Shown here in pieces: positions 9,444 through 18,243 of a DNA stretch of 64,000 nt. Position 1 is the stretch's first letter; each line of letters opens with the position of its first letter. The stretch lies in contig NZ_CBFHPP010000002.1 of the NCBI RefSeq assembly GCF_965657785.1, positions 117,974 to 181,973 of the forward strand, given 5' to 3'. The notes beneath the pieces are model-generated. The model saw nothing but the letters and a program-made list of their open reading frames with translations. It did not search any database and was not told where the DNA came from. The position numbers and the translations under genes were made by a program. Source of the DNA: Lentibacter sp. (GTDB taxonomy: Bacteria; Pseudomonadota; Alphaproteobacteria; Rhodobacterales; Rhodobacteraceae).

Positions 9444-9715
9444 CAGCCTATCACTTTTTTCCAAGGTTGAATGCGCACGTCAGAGAAGAGGCCCGCTTTG
9501 GCGTAGGGGTCATTGTCAGCCCAGCTTTGCGCGGCGGTGGCATCGGCCACATCCAGGATCACGAGAGATCCTGCCATTTCGCCCGCCTCATCAAGCAGGG
9601 GGCCTGCCATGGCGACAACACCTGTATCGGCGATATAGGCGAGGTGTGCGTCGCGGTTGGCTTTGCGGGTTTGAAGGCCACCTTGTTTGTCGGTGCAGAT
9701 GAGGGCGATGAGCAT
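9443..9715 (-). CDS. YciI family protein
   Basis: The 90-aa ORF has a YciI-like fold signature (RDAHLAYI...GPLLDE...GSLVILD...DPYAKAGLF). Confidence 0.75.
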   Translation of the reverse strand: MLIALICTDKQGGLQTRKANRDAHLAYIADTGVVAMAGPLLDEAGEMAGSLVILDVADATAAQSWADNDPYAKAGLFSDVRIQPWKKVIG

Positions 9716-9717
9716 GG

Positions 9718-10674
9718 CTATTCTTCCTTGAGCGGGCGTGAGAGGAGGGTTTGTAGGGCGTCTGAAACGCTATAGTCACCGTCGCTGAGGGCTGCAACAG
9801 CCGTGCAAATCGGCATATCGATTTTATGCTCAGCGGCCCAAGCGACAACAGCTTTGGCTGTGGGCACGCCTTCGACCGTGACGGAGGCATCAAATGGCTC
9901 GGCGCGACCGAGCGCAAGGCCGAAGCGGTAGTTGCGCGACAGTTCGGATGTGCAGGTGAGCGCCAGATCGCCAAAGCCTGAAAGGCCTGTGAGCGTATCG
10001 GGCTGTGCGCCACGGCGCAGGGCGAGACGCTGCATTTCGGCGAAGCCACGCGTCATCAGGGCGGCGCGGGCGCTGTCGCCCATGCCTTTTCCAATACAGG
10101 CGCCACAGGCAATGGCGATGACGTTTTTAAGCGCGCCGCCGAGCTCTGCGCCTGTTGTGTCTGTGGTCCGATAAATCCGCAAGTTGGGCGTTGTGAGAGC
10201 CTGTTGCAGGGTTTTGCCGAGTGCTGCATCTTCGCAGGCCAGCGTGAGCGCAGTTGGCAGGCCACTGGCGATATCGGCGGCAAAGCTGGGGCCTGTTAGG
10301 AGGGCTGCATTTGCGCTGGGAAGGGTGGTGCGGATGGTCTCGATGGGGCCAAGATGGGTTTCAAGATCAAGGCCTTTGCAGGCGGCAACGAGTGCGCGTT
10401 GCGCCAAGATATCTGCGTTTTCGGTGAGAAAGCTGCGAAGCTGCTGCATGGGAACGGCGAGCAAGACGGGGCCGTCTTGGGGGATATCTGACAGGGAAGA
10501 GCTCACTGTGAGACTGTCGGGAAAGGGCGCGTCGGGCAAGCGGCGGGCGTTTTGGCGGCTTGCTTGCATATCTGCCCCGCCACTGCGCGCCCAGAGGGTT
10601 ATGGGCTGGCCCGTATGCGCCAGCGAGATTGCCAAAGAGGTGCCAAAAGCGCCTGCGCCGAGAACGGTGATCAT
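9718..10674 (-). CDS. gpsA: NAD(P)H-dependent glycerol-3-phosphate dehydrogenase
   Basis: The N-terminal Rossmann motif [12 protein letters not shown] and an internal [11 protein letters not shown] block are present. It overlaps tsaD by 4 nt, a conserved pairing. Confidence 0.9.
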   Translation of the reverse strand: MITVLGAGAFGTSLAISLAHTGQPITLWARSGGADMQASRQNARRLPDAPFPDSLTVSSSLSDIPQDGPVLLAVPMQQLRSFLTENADILAQRALVAACKGLDLETHLGPIETIRTTLPSANAALLTGPSFAADIASGLPTALTLACEDAALGKTLQQALTTPNLRIYRTTDTTGAELGGALKNVIAIACGACIGKGMGDSARAALMTRGFAEMQRLALRRGAQPDTLTGLSGFGDLALTCTSELSRNYRFGLALGRAEPFDASVTVEGVPTAKAVVAWAAEHKIDMPICTAVAALSDGDYSVSDALQTLLSRPLKEE

Positions 10675-11777
10675 GCTTTGGCTCCTTTCTTGCCTGAGCC
10701 GAGCATAGAGGGGCTGTTTGTGTCAAGCGGCCAGCGCGGACGCGCGGCGAGTGTCAGATCATCTTGCTGACCGGCTTCAAAAAGCTCAAGGCCTGCATAG
10801 GCGATCATTGCGGCATTGTCTGTGCAAAGGGCGAGGGGCGGGCTCAGGAACTCTGCACCAAACTCTGCGGCAACAGTCTCTAATGCGGCGCGAATGCTTG
10901 TATTGGCCGCAACGCCACCTGCAACGGCAAGCACAGGCTGCGCGGGGGAGAGCGCCATATAGAGCGCCATGGCGCGGCGGGATTTTTCGGCCAATACATC
11001 CGTCACGGCAGCTTGAAAACTGGCGCAGAGATCGGCGCGATCTTGGCGCGTGATCCCGTCTTTCTCAGCAACGAGAGCATCACGGGCACGCAAGAGTGCG
11101 GTCTTGAGGCCAGAGAAGGACATATCACATCCCGCGCGGTCCAGGAGCGGACGGGGCAGGCGGACGCGCTTGGGGTCACCCTTGAGCGCCTCGGCTTCGA
11201 CGCTTGGCCCGCCTGGTTGGGGCAAGGCGAGGAGGCGCGCGGTTTTGTCAAAGGCTTCGCCAGGGGCGTCATCAATCGTTCCGCCAAGGCGGGTGAAGTC
11301 TTGCGGGCTGCGCACAAGGAGAAACTGGCAATGTCCGCCCGACACAAGGAGCATCAGGTAAGGATAGCATGGCGCATCTGTGAGCCGCGGTGTGAGAGCG
11401 TGGCCCGCGAGGTGATTGACGCCGATCAGGGGCTTGCCCGAGCCAGCGGAGAGGCCCTTGGCGAGCGCCACGCCTGACATGACCCCGCCAATGAGGCCTG
11501 GGCCAGCCGTGACGGCGATTGCGTCAATATCGCCGAGCGTCAGACCAGCCTGAGCGAGTGCCTGATCCACGCAACCATCAAGCCTCTCGGCATGGGCGCG
11601 CGCGGCGATCTCGGGAACGACGCCGCCGAAGTCGGCATGAAGGCTTGTTTGACCCTCGACCACAGACGAGAGCACCGAGGCCGCGCCTGATGTGCCGCGC
11701 ACAACGGCGGCGGCGGTGTCATCGCAGCTGCTTTCTATGCCGAGAAGAGTGAGTGTCTTTTGCATGGGTCTTTTCAT
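10671..11777 (-). CDS. tsaD: tRNA N6-adenosine threonylcarbamoyltransferase TsaD
   Basis: [24 protein letters not shown] and LLVSGGH motifs are present. The start may instead be ATG 11765. Confidence 0.9.
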   Translation of the reverse strand: MKRPMQKTLTLLGIESSCDDTAAAVVRGTSGAASVLSSVVEGQTSLHADFGGVVPEIAARAHAERLDGCVDQALAQAGLTLGDIDAIAVTAGPGLIGGVMSGVALAKGLSAGSGKPLIGVNHLAGHALTPRLTDAPCYPYLMLLVSGGHCQFLLVRSPQDFTRLGGTIDDAPGEAFDKTARLLALPQPGGPSVEAEALKGDPKRVRLPRPLLDRAGCDMSFSGLKTALLRARDALVAEKDGITRQDRADLCASFQAAVTDVLAEKSRRAMALYMALSPAQPVLAVAGGVAANTSIRAALETVAAEFGAEFLSPPLALCTDNAAMIAYAGLELFEAGQQDDLTLAARPRWPLDTNSPSMLGSGKKGAKA

Positions 11778-11812
11778 TGCATGGGTGCTTGGGTGCAGGT
11801 AACACCTTAGCT

Positions 11813-12496
11813 ATGGTTAAAACAAGTTTGCCTCTCGTTCTTCTGACACGTCCGCGTGCGGCGGCAGAGCGTTTTGCGGCTTTGCTTTTGGCCGAGCGTC
11901 CCGAGCTTGATGTTCTGATTAACCCGATCATGGAAATTGTTTATCTTGTGCCTGAGCGTTTGCCCGCAGCTGATGTGGTTTTATTTACTTCTGTGCACGG
12001 TGTTGCGGGATATGTTGCGGCGGGTGGGACACCCTCTGAAGCGTATTGTGTAGGCGCTGTCACGGCAGAAAAGGCGCGGAAGGCGGGCTTTGATGTCTTG
12101 CAGGTTGCGCCTGATCTGGCGGCTTTGAGGCCTGCCTTGGCGGGTGAACAGCGCGAGCTTTTGCAAGTGCGCGGCACATATGTGACAGCGGATCTGGTGG
12201 CAGAGTTTGGGCACGTGGCCAGTGTGATTGTTTATGATCAGCCGCGTGTCGGGCTGGGCGATCAGGCCGTTGCGGCGCTGGCCAGCGGGCGGGCTGTGGT
12301 TGTGCCGCTGTTTTCGCCCCGCAGTGCGCGCGCGTTTGCCAAAGAGGCGGGCCAGCCTCGGGCGCTATATGCCGCATATATCAGCGCAGCGGTGCAAGCG
12401 GCGGCAGAACTGCCTTTTATAGAGGCAGAAACGGCCCAAACGCCCGATGCACGGGGCATGGTTGCCGTGACCTTGAGGCTTATTGATAAGGTTTGA
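11813..12496 (+). CDS. hemD: Uroporphyrinogen-III synthase
   Basis: The HemD-like sequence (LLTRPRAAAERFA...VLFTSVHGV) is divergent from tsaD and lies upstream of Mic60-like and HemY-like genes. I prefer ATG 11813 over the track start 11753. Confidence 0.7.
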   Translation: MVKTSLPLVLLTRPRAAAERFAALLLAERPELDVLINPIMEIVYLVPERLPAADVVLFTSVHGVAGYVAAGGTPSEAYCVGAVTAEKARKAGFDVLQVAPDLAALRPALAGEQRELLQVRGTYVTADLVAEFGHVASVIVYDQPRVGLGDQAVAALASGRAVVVPLFSPRSARAFAKEAGQPRALYAAYISAAVQAAAELPFIEAETAQTPDARGMVAVTLRLIDKV

Positions 12497-12575
12497 CGGC
12501 TTGAGGCCTGTGCAAGGGGCGTCTAAGCTCTGTTTGGTATAGTAAATCGAGTGAGATTCGGGAGGGCCGTGCGCT

Positions 12576-13754
12576 GTGGCACGCAAGACAAGCAAAACCA
12601 AAAAGCCAACCGTAGAGGCCAGCTCCGAGGTAGAAGAGGCTGTGATCGAGGCGGTGGATGTTGAGACACCATCCGAGGATGTTGCGCCAGCCGAGCCTGA
12701 GCCCGAAGATTTGGATACGCCTGTAGCGGACGCGGAAGAGGCGCCCGAGCCAGACGCACCTACAGAAGAGACAGCAGAACCCGACCCAGCCCCGCAAGCG
12801 ACCATTGTGCGCAAGGGCGGTTTTGTGCCGATGGTTCTTGGCGGTGTTGTTGCCGCAGGAATAGGCTTTGGCGCGGCGCTTTATGTACTGCCGAGTTTGC
12901 CAGCGGCCTGGCTGCCTTCGCAGGGCGAAGACCCTATGGTCGCAGTGGCGCAGAGGCTGGACGCGCAGAGCCAAGAGATTGTGGCCTTGAAAGCCGAGAT
13001 CGCCGATGCGAGCGCGATTGAGGCGCAGCTTGCAGATGTCAGTGGGCAAGTCTCAGGGCTTGCAAGCGAGATTGCGGCGATGAAGGCGTCTGTCGATGCG
13101 ATTGCTGCGCTCGAAGTGCGGCTTGCCACTCTGGAAAAAGCCCCTGTTGCCAATGCCTCGCCCTTGGCCGTGGAGGCGTATCAACGCGAGATGGACGAGC
13201 TGCGCGCAGAGATTGGCGCTATGGCGGCGGAGGCCGAGGCCAAACGGGCGTCGGCAGAGATGACGGCAGAGGAGGCGTTGCGGCGCTCGGCGATGAGCCA
13301 GATTTTGACGTCACTTGAGACGGGATCGCAATTTGGAGATGCGCTTCAAAGCTTGAGTGCAACCGGAATTGATGTGCCTGATTCGCTGGTCACTCAGGCG
13401 ACAGGTGTGCCAACGGTTGCAAGGCTGAGTGCGGCGTTTCCAGAGGCGGCGCGAGAGGCTTTGGGGGTGGCTCGGAGGTTGGAGGGCAGTGAGACAAGCG
13501 GTTTTGGTGCTTTCCTGAAGTCTCAACTTGGCGCGCGCTCGCTTGAGCCGCGAGAGGGCACCGACCCTGACGCTGTGCTGTCACGGATGGAAGCGGCGGT
13601 GCGCGAGGGGCGTTTGGGCGATGCTTTGGCCGAGGCCGAAGGCCTGCCAGAGGCCGCCAAAGTGCCGCTTCAGGGCTGGCTGGATGACGCCAAAGCGCGT
13701 CAGGCGGCGACCATGGCAGCCGAGGCCTTGAGCCAGACAATGAAGACGAATTGA
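12576..13754 (+). CDS. Mitofilin-domain protein (alphaproteobacterial Mic60 homologue)
   Basis: The 392-aa ORF has an acidic, Pro-rich N-terminus, one TM helix (FVPMVLGGVVAAGIGFGAALYVL) and coiled-coil Ala/Glu repeats. A C-terminal mitofilin-like block follows (DPDAVLSRMEAAVREGRLGDALAEAEGLPEAAK...GWLDDAKAR). The hemD / HemY-like synteny is conserved. Confidence 0.75.
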   Translation: MARKTSKTKKPTVEASSEVEEAVIEAVDVETPSEDVAPAEPEPEDLDTPVADAEEAPEPDAPTEETAEPDPAPQATIVRKGGFVPMVLGGVVAAGIGFGAALYVLPSLPAAWLPSQGEDPMVAVAQRLDAQSQEIVALKAEIADASAIEAQLADVSGQVSGLASEIAAMKASVDAIAALEVRLATLEKAPVANASPLAVEAYQREMDELRAEIGAMAAEAEAKRASAEMTAEEALRRSAMSQILTSLETGSQFGDALQSLSATGIDVPDSLVTQATGVPTVARLSAAFPEAAREALGVARRLEGSETSGFGAFLKSQLGARSLEPREGTDPDAVLSRMEAAVREGRLGDALAEAEGLPEAAKVPLQGWLDDAKARQAATMAAEALSQTMKTN

Positions 13755-13764
13755 GGGTGACGAT

Positions 13765-15222
13765 ATGCTTTGGTCATTGATAAAGATTATTCTTTTTTTC
13801 GCCCTGATTGCAGGGGTCAGTTTTGGCGCGCTGGAGCTGCTTGCCATGGAGGGCGGTATCCGCATTGCCATTGCGGGGCAGGAGTATAGCCTCTCGCCGC
13901 TGCAAGCTGTGATTGCGCTCGTTTTGCTCGTGATTGCGGTCTGGATTTTCCTGAAGGTGATGGGTCTTTTGCTCGCCACATTCCACTTTCTCAACGGCGA
14001 TGAAACCGCAATTTCGCGCTACTTTGACCGCAACCGAGAGCGCAAGGGCTTTCAGGCTTTGGCCGACGGAATGCTGGCGCTTGCCTCTGGCGAGGGACGG
14101 CTCGCTATGGCCAAGGCGGCGCGGGCAAACAAGTATCTCGACCGCCCCGATCTGACCAATCTCTTGACAGCGCAGGCCGCCGAAATGGCGGGCGATAAGG
14201 GCAAGGCCGAGGAGGCTTACAAGCGCCTGCTGACGGAAGACCGCACCCGCTTTGTCGGGGTGCGTGGGATCATGAAACAACGCCTTGCAGCGGGCGACAC
14301 CGACAAGGCGCTGGCGCTGGCGAAGTCGGCCTTTGCGCTCAAGCCCACCCATGAAGAAACACAGGACATTCTCCTTAAATTACAGGCCCAAGGCGCGGAT
14401 TGGAAGGGCGCGCGCGAGACGCTGAAAGCCAAGCTCAAACACGGCAGCCTGCCGCGCGATGTGCACAAGCGACGCGACGCCGTTCTGGCGCTGAGCGAGG
14501 CGAAAGATGTCTTGTCCGAGGACAGCGGAATTGACGGGCAGGAGCGCGCAATCGAGGCGAATAAACTCTCGCCTGATCTCATTCCTGCGGCTGTGATGGC
14601 GGCGAAAAGTTACATCGCTCAGGGCAAGCCGAAATACGCGGCGCGCGTTGTCTCCAAGGCTTGGGCAGCACGCCCGCACCCTGACTTGGCGGGCGCGTTT
14701 GCCGACATTAGCCCCGAGGAAACACCTGACCAACGCATCAAGCGTTTTCGGGCTTTGACCAAGAGCAATCCGAACGACCCTGAGACAAAAATGCTAGTGG
14801 CCGAACTCAATATCGCGGCGGAGAACTTTCCCGAGGCAAGGCGCGCTTTGGGCGACCTTGTGGAGACACAGGCGGACGCCCGTGCGCTGACGATTATGGC
14901 GGCTGTCGAGCGGGGCGAGGGCGCGTCTGATACTGTGGTGAAAGGCTGGCTGGCGCGGGCCTTGAGCGCGCCGCGCGGGCCTCAGTGGGTCTGTGACAAT
15001 TGCCAGCATATTCATGCGGAATGGACGCCGACCTGCGACAACTGCGGCGCACTTGATACTCTGTCTTGGAAGCGTCCACCCGAGAGCGAGGTGCAGGCGC
15101 TTTCGAGTGCGGCGATGCTGCCGCTGATCGTTGGGGCGGGGGACGACAAACACCCTGATATTGACCCCGAAATCGACGAGGCCGAGATCGTCGATGTTAA
15201 CGCAGCGCGCGCAGAGGGTTAA
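13765..15222 (+). CDS. HemY-like protein (HemY_N membrane domain plus TPR, with a C-terminal zinc ribbon)
   Basis: Two N-terminal TM helices are followed by TPR-like repeats. The C-terminus carries CDNCQHIHAEWTPTCDNCG (CxxC...CxxC). Confidence 0.8.
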   Translation: MLWSLIKIILFFALIAGVSFGALELLAMEGGIRIAIAGQEYSLSPLQAVIALVLLVIAVWIFLKVMGLLLATFHFLNGDETAISRYFDRNRERKGFQALADGMLALASGEGRLAMAKAARANKYLDRPDLTNLLTAQAAEMAGDKGKAEEAYKRLLTEDRTRFVGVRGIMKQRLAAGDTDKALALAKSAFALKPTHEETQDILLKLQAQGADWKGARETLKAKLKHGSLPRDVHKRRDAVLALSEAKDVLSEDSGIDGQERAIEANKLSPDLIPAAVMAAKSYIAQGKPKYAARVVSKAWAARPHPDLAGAFADISPEETPDQRIKRFRALTKSNPNDPETKMLVAELNIAAENFPEARRALGDLVETQADARALTIMAAVERGEGASDTVVKGWLARALSAPRGPQWVCDNCQHIHAEWTPTCDNCGALDTLSWKRPPESEVQALSSAAMLPLIVGAGDDKHPDIDPEIDEAEIVDVNAARAEG

Positions 15223-15277
15223 CGGCTGATTCTAGGGGGGTGAAAAGCGTGCACCATGCGTGCACCACCCGTGCACC
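15217..15277 (+). repeat. GTGCAC-array repeat, locus 1
   Basis: The sequence is GGTTAACGGCTGATTCTAGGGGGGTGAAAAGCGTGCACCATGCGTGCACCACCCGTGCACC. GTGCAC occurs at 15249, 15260 and 15271 (11-bp phasing). A near-identical unit lies at 60724-60796. It overlaps the hemY-like stop codon. Confidence 0.85.
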
Positions 15278-15325
15278 GGCAAAACGCCCGCCCGCCCGCG
15301 TTAACCTTTAAAAAAAACTTTTAAG

Positions 15326-15390
15326 GGTTTGGTAAGCTGCACAATGACTTCGCACGCAGGTTTGGCAAGTTGCGCAACGAATGCGCAGCC
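15326..15390 (+). repeat. Imperfect tandem duplication (33 + 32 nt) upstream of smpB
   Basis: GGTTTGGTAAGCTGCACAATGACTTCGCACGCA is followed by GGTTTGGCAAGTTGCGCAACGAATGCGCAGCC. 18 of the first 22 nt are identical. Confidence 0.8.
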
Positions 15391-15459
15391 TACGGCGGGT
15401 GTGTTCGGAAGGCGACGAGCGCTCTCGACTTTTGATGTTTGGGTGATTATCTGGCAGGC

Positions 15460-15942
15460 ATGGCACAAGGCAATGGAAAATCAGATCCGAATTATAAGGT
15501 GATCGCCGAGAACCGGCGGGCGCGGTATGATTATGCGATTGAGGATGATCTTGAATGCGGGATCATGCTTGAGGGGTCGGAAGTGAAGTCGCTGCGCGAG
15601 GGCGGCTCCAACATTGCCGAAAGTTATGCGGCTGTGGAAGACGGCGAGCTTTGGCTCGTGAACAGCTATATTGCGCCCTACAAGCAGGCGCGGCAATTCA
15701 AGCACGAAGAGCGGCGGCGGCGCAAACTGCTGATCAGTCGCAAGGAGCTTGCCAATCTTTGGAGCGCGACCAACCGCAAGGGCATGACGCTTGTTCCGTT
15801 GGTGATGTATTTCAACCATCGGGGTATGGTGAAGCTCAAGATCGGGATCGCCAAGGGCAAGAAAAACCACGACAAGCGCGCCTCTGACGCCAAGCGCGAC
15901 TGGGGCCGCCAGAAGCAGCGCCTCTTGCGCCACGGCGACTGA
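15460..15942 (+). CDS. smpB: SsrA-binding protein SmpB
   Basis: [34 protein letters not shown] is a canonical SmpB N-terminus. I prefer ATG 15460 over the track start TTG 15439. Confidence 0.93.
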   Translation: MAQGNGKSDPNYKVIAENRRARYDYAIEDDLECGIMLEGSEVKSLREGGSNIAESYAAVEDGELWLVNSYIAPYKQARQFKHEERRRRKLLISRKELANLWSATNRKGMTLVPLVMYFNHRGMVKLKIGIAKGKKNHDKRASDAKRDWGRQKQRLLRHGD

Positions 15943-16018
15943 CGCCTACGGGGGCTGTGGCTGCTACGGCCTTGCGCAACATGATCGGCAAGTAAGAGAC
16001 GCCAGAGAGATTTGTGAA

Positions 16019-16050
16019 AAGGCCGAGGGCGGGAAACTGTGCTCGGCCTT
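16019..16050 (+). terminator. Possible terminator after smpB
   Basis: AAGGCCGAG-N14-CTCGGCCTT forms a perfect 9-bp stem, but the downstream T-tract is weak. Confidence 0.4.
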
Positions 16051-16092
16051 GCTCCTTTGGGTCTTGCGCGCTAGAGATTTGAGAGATGAAAG

Positions 16093-16962
16093 ATGAGGGT
16101 GATGATGGCGCAAGATGATCCCAAGACCTTGGTGAGCACAGAGTGGCTTGCCGCACATTTGAAAAACCCTGATCTGAGGATCCTGGACGCGACATGGGTG
16201 TTGCCCCATATCGAGCTTGATGCTGTGGCGGGCTACAACGCGGCGCATATTCCGGGCGCGCGGTTCTTTGATATTGACGAGATTTCCGATCATCGCTCCG
16301 AGCTTCCACATATGGTTCCGCCTGTTGAGAAGTTTATGAGCCGGATGCGGGCCATGGGCGTCGGCGACGGGCATCAGGTTGTTGTCTATGACCAAGTGGG
16401 TGTCAGCTCGGCACCTCGGGTCTGGTGGCTGTTCAAGCTGATGGGGCAGGAGAATGTCGCTGTCTTGGATGGTGGTTTGCCGAAGTGGCTTTCTGAGGGG
16501 CGCAAGACCGAAGACCTGCCGCCCATTGTGCGCGACAGGCATATGACTGTCAGGGTGCAGAACCATCTTGTGAAGGATGTCACGCAGGTCTCTTCGGCAG
16601 CGAAGCTTGGCGATTATGAAATTGTTGATGCGCGTTCGGCGGGGCGCTTTGCGGGGACGGAGCCCGAGCCGCGCGCGGGGCTGCGCGGCGGGCATATCCC
16701 GAACTCCAAGAATGTGCCGTTTGGCGAGCTGCTCACCGAGAGCAAGACGCTGAAAGCGCCAGACGAATTGCGCGCGATTTTTGAAGCGGCGGGCGTCGAT
16801 CTTGGCAAGCCTGTGATCACCACCTGCGGATCAGGGATCACTGCGGCGATCCTTTCGCTTGCTTTGGAGCGGATCGGCAAGACGGACCACGCAGTATATG
16901 ACGGCTCATGGGCCGAATGGGGCGCGTTTGGAACGCTGCCAGTGAAAACGGGAGACGCCTGA
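16093..16962 (+). CDS. sseA: 3-mercaptopyruvate sulfurtransferase (tandem rhodanese)
   Basis: LVSTEWLAAHL, GHIPGARFFDID and the active-site loop TTCGSGITAA are present. The exact start among several Met codons is uncertain. Confidence 0.85.
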   Translation: MRVMMAQDDPKTLVSTEWLAAHLKNPDLRILDATWVLPHIELDAVAGYNAAHIPGARFFDIDEISDHRSELPHMVPPVEKFMSRMRAMGVGDGHQVVVYDQVGVSSAPRVWWLFKLMGQENVAVLDGGLPKWLSEGRKTEDLPPIVRDRHMTVRVQNHLVKDVTQVSSAAKLGDYEIVDARSAGRFAGTEPEPRAGLRGGHIPNSKNVPFGELLTESKTLKAPDELRAIFEAAGVDLGKPVITTCGSGITAAILSLALERIGKTDHAVYDGSWAEWGAFGTLPVKTGDA

Positions 16963-18146
16963 TGTTTTCGAACCTGAAGAACCAACCTGTTGATAAGATC
17001 ATGCAAGTGATGGCCAAGTTTAAGGCTGATCCGCGCCCCGGTAAGATTGATCTCGGGGTCGGAGTTTACAAGAACGCGCTGGGCGTCACGCCTGTGATGC
17101 GCGCGATCAAGCAGGCCGAGCACAAGCTCTGGGAAGAGCAGGAGACCAAGGCTTATGTTGGCCTTGTGGGCGACCCTGCCTATGCGGATGCGATGATCAA
17201 GCTGGTGCTTGGCGAAGCTGTGGCGCGCGAAAATATCGGCGCGGCGGCGACACCGGGCGGCACGGGCGCTGTGCGGCAGGCGTTTGAGATGATCAAGATG
17301 GCCACGCCTGAGGCGCGGGTGTTTGTGAGCAATCCGACATGGCCGAACCACATCAGCATTCTGGACTATGTGGGCCTTGAGTGTGTGCAGTATCGCTATT
17401 TTGACGCCGAGACGCGCTCTGTCGATTTTGACGGGATGATGGCGGACTTGGACGGGCTGCGCGCGGGCGATGTTGTGCTGCTGCACGGCTGTTGCCACAA
17501 TCCGACGGGGGCGAACCTGACGCTTGAGCAGTTTGGCCAAGTGATTGAGGTGATGAATACCAAGGGCGCGATCCCGATGGTGGACATTGCCTATCAGGGT
17601 TTTGGCGACGGCTTGGAGGAAGATGCGGCGGCGACGCGGCTTGTGGCTGCAAGCGTGCCTGAATGTCTGATCGCGGCGAGCTGCTCGAAGAACTTTGGCA
17701 TTTATCGCGAGCGCACGGGGCTTTTGATGTGTGTGTCTCAGGACGCGAGCAAGACGCCGCTGACGCAGGAGAACCTCGCCTTTCTCAACCGTCAGAATTA
17801 CAGCTTTCCGCCCGACCACGGCGCGCGGCTTGTGAGCATGATCTTGAACGATGACGCGTTGAAAGCGGAGTGGATGAGCGAGCTGGAAGAGGTGCGGCTT
17901 GGAATGCTTGGTCTGCGCGAGCAGCTTGCGGGCGAACTTGCACGGCTCACCAACTCGGACCGTTTCAACTTTTTGCGCGAGCATCGCGGGATGTTTTCTT
18001 TGTTGGGCACGGGGCCTGATATGGTGGAACTCATGCGCGAGAAAAACGGGATTTATATGATCCCTGACAGTCGCATGAATATTGCCGGTTTGAACCGCGA
18101 GACTGTGCCGCTTCTGGCGAAAGCCATTGTCGAGGCGGGTCTTTAG
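16962..18146 (+). CDS. Aspartate/aromatic amino acid aminotransferase (class I, AspC/TyrB type)
   Basis: The ORF begins MFSNLKNQPVDKIMQVMAKFKADPRPGKIDLGVGVYK and contains SCSKNFGIYRERTG (the PLP Lys). ATG 16962 overlaps the sseA stop (TGATG), and I prefer it to the track start 16908. Confidence 0.9.
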   Translation: MFSNLKNQPVDKIMQVMAKFKADPRPGKIDLGVGVYKNALGVTPVMRAIKQAEHKLWEEQETKAYVGLVGDPAYADAMIKLVLGEAVARENIGAAATPGGTGAVRQAFEMIKMATPEARVFVSNPTWPNHISILDYVGLECVQYRYFDAETRSVDFDGMMADLDGLRAGDVVLLHGCCHNPTGANLTLEQFGQVIEVMNTKGAIPMVDIAYQGFGDGLEEDAAATRLVAASVPECLIAASCSKNFGIYRERTGLLMCVSQDASKTPLTQENLAFLNRQNYSFPPDHGARLVSMILNDDALKAEWMSELEEVRLGMLGLREQLAGELARLTNSDRFNFLREHRGMFSLLGTGPDMVELMREKNGIYMIPDSRMNIAGLNRETVPLLAKAIVEAGL

Positions 18147-18235
18147 GTTTCGCATTTTCGCTTTGCGAAAATCCGAGTGGTGCGAGAGGGCTTTGCCCCC
18201 TCGCGCTCCCCCAGGATATTTATAGAAAGAGGAAG
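18147..18235 (+). repeat. Modular stop-codon-abutting hairpin repeat, copy A
   Basis: The copy reads GTTTCGC-ATTTTCGC-TTT-GCGAAAAT-CCGA, then GCGAGAGGGCTTTGCCCCCTCGC, then CCCCCAGGATATTTATAGAAAGAGGAAG. It starts 1 nt after the aminotransferase stop. Confidence 0.9.
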
Positions 18236-18243
18236 CGCGGGGC

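Noticed and set aside
15359-15376. TTGGCAAGTTGCGCAA, resembling a sigma-54 promoter (TGGCAC-N5-TTGC)
   Set aside because: The GG-to-GC spacing is 8 or 10 nt rather than the required 12 nt measured from the first G of GG to the G of GC. The duplicated unit at 15326 does not fit either.
16614-18155. A 513-aa minus-strand ORF covering the sulfurtransferase 3' end and the whole aminotransferase gene
   Set aside because: It is antisense to two well-supported genes. Its composition is extremely Arg/His/Ala-biased and it has no motifs. The same reasoning rejects 28928-30202 (+, antisense to polA), 31128-32312 (+, antisense to the GT14 gene), 60840-62213 (+, antisense to argE-like and M24 genes), 21179-22108 (+), 27425-28180 (+), 47597-48511 (-) and 51679-52653 (-).
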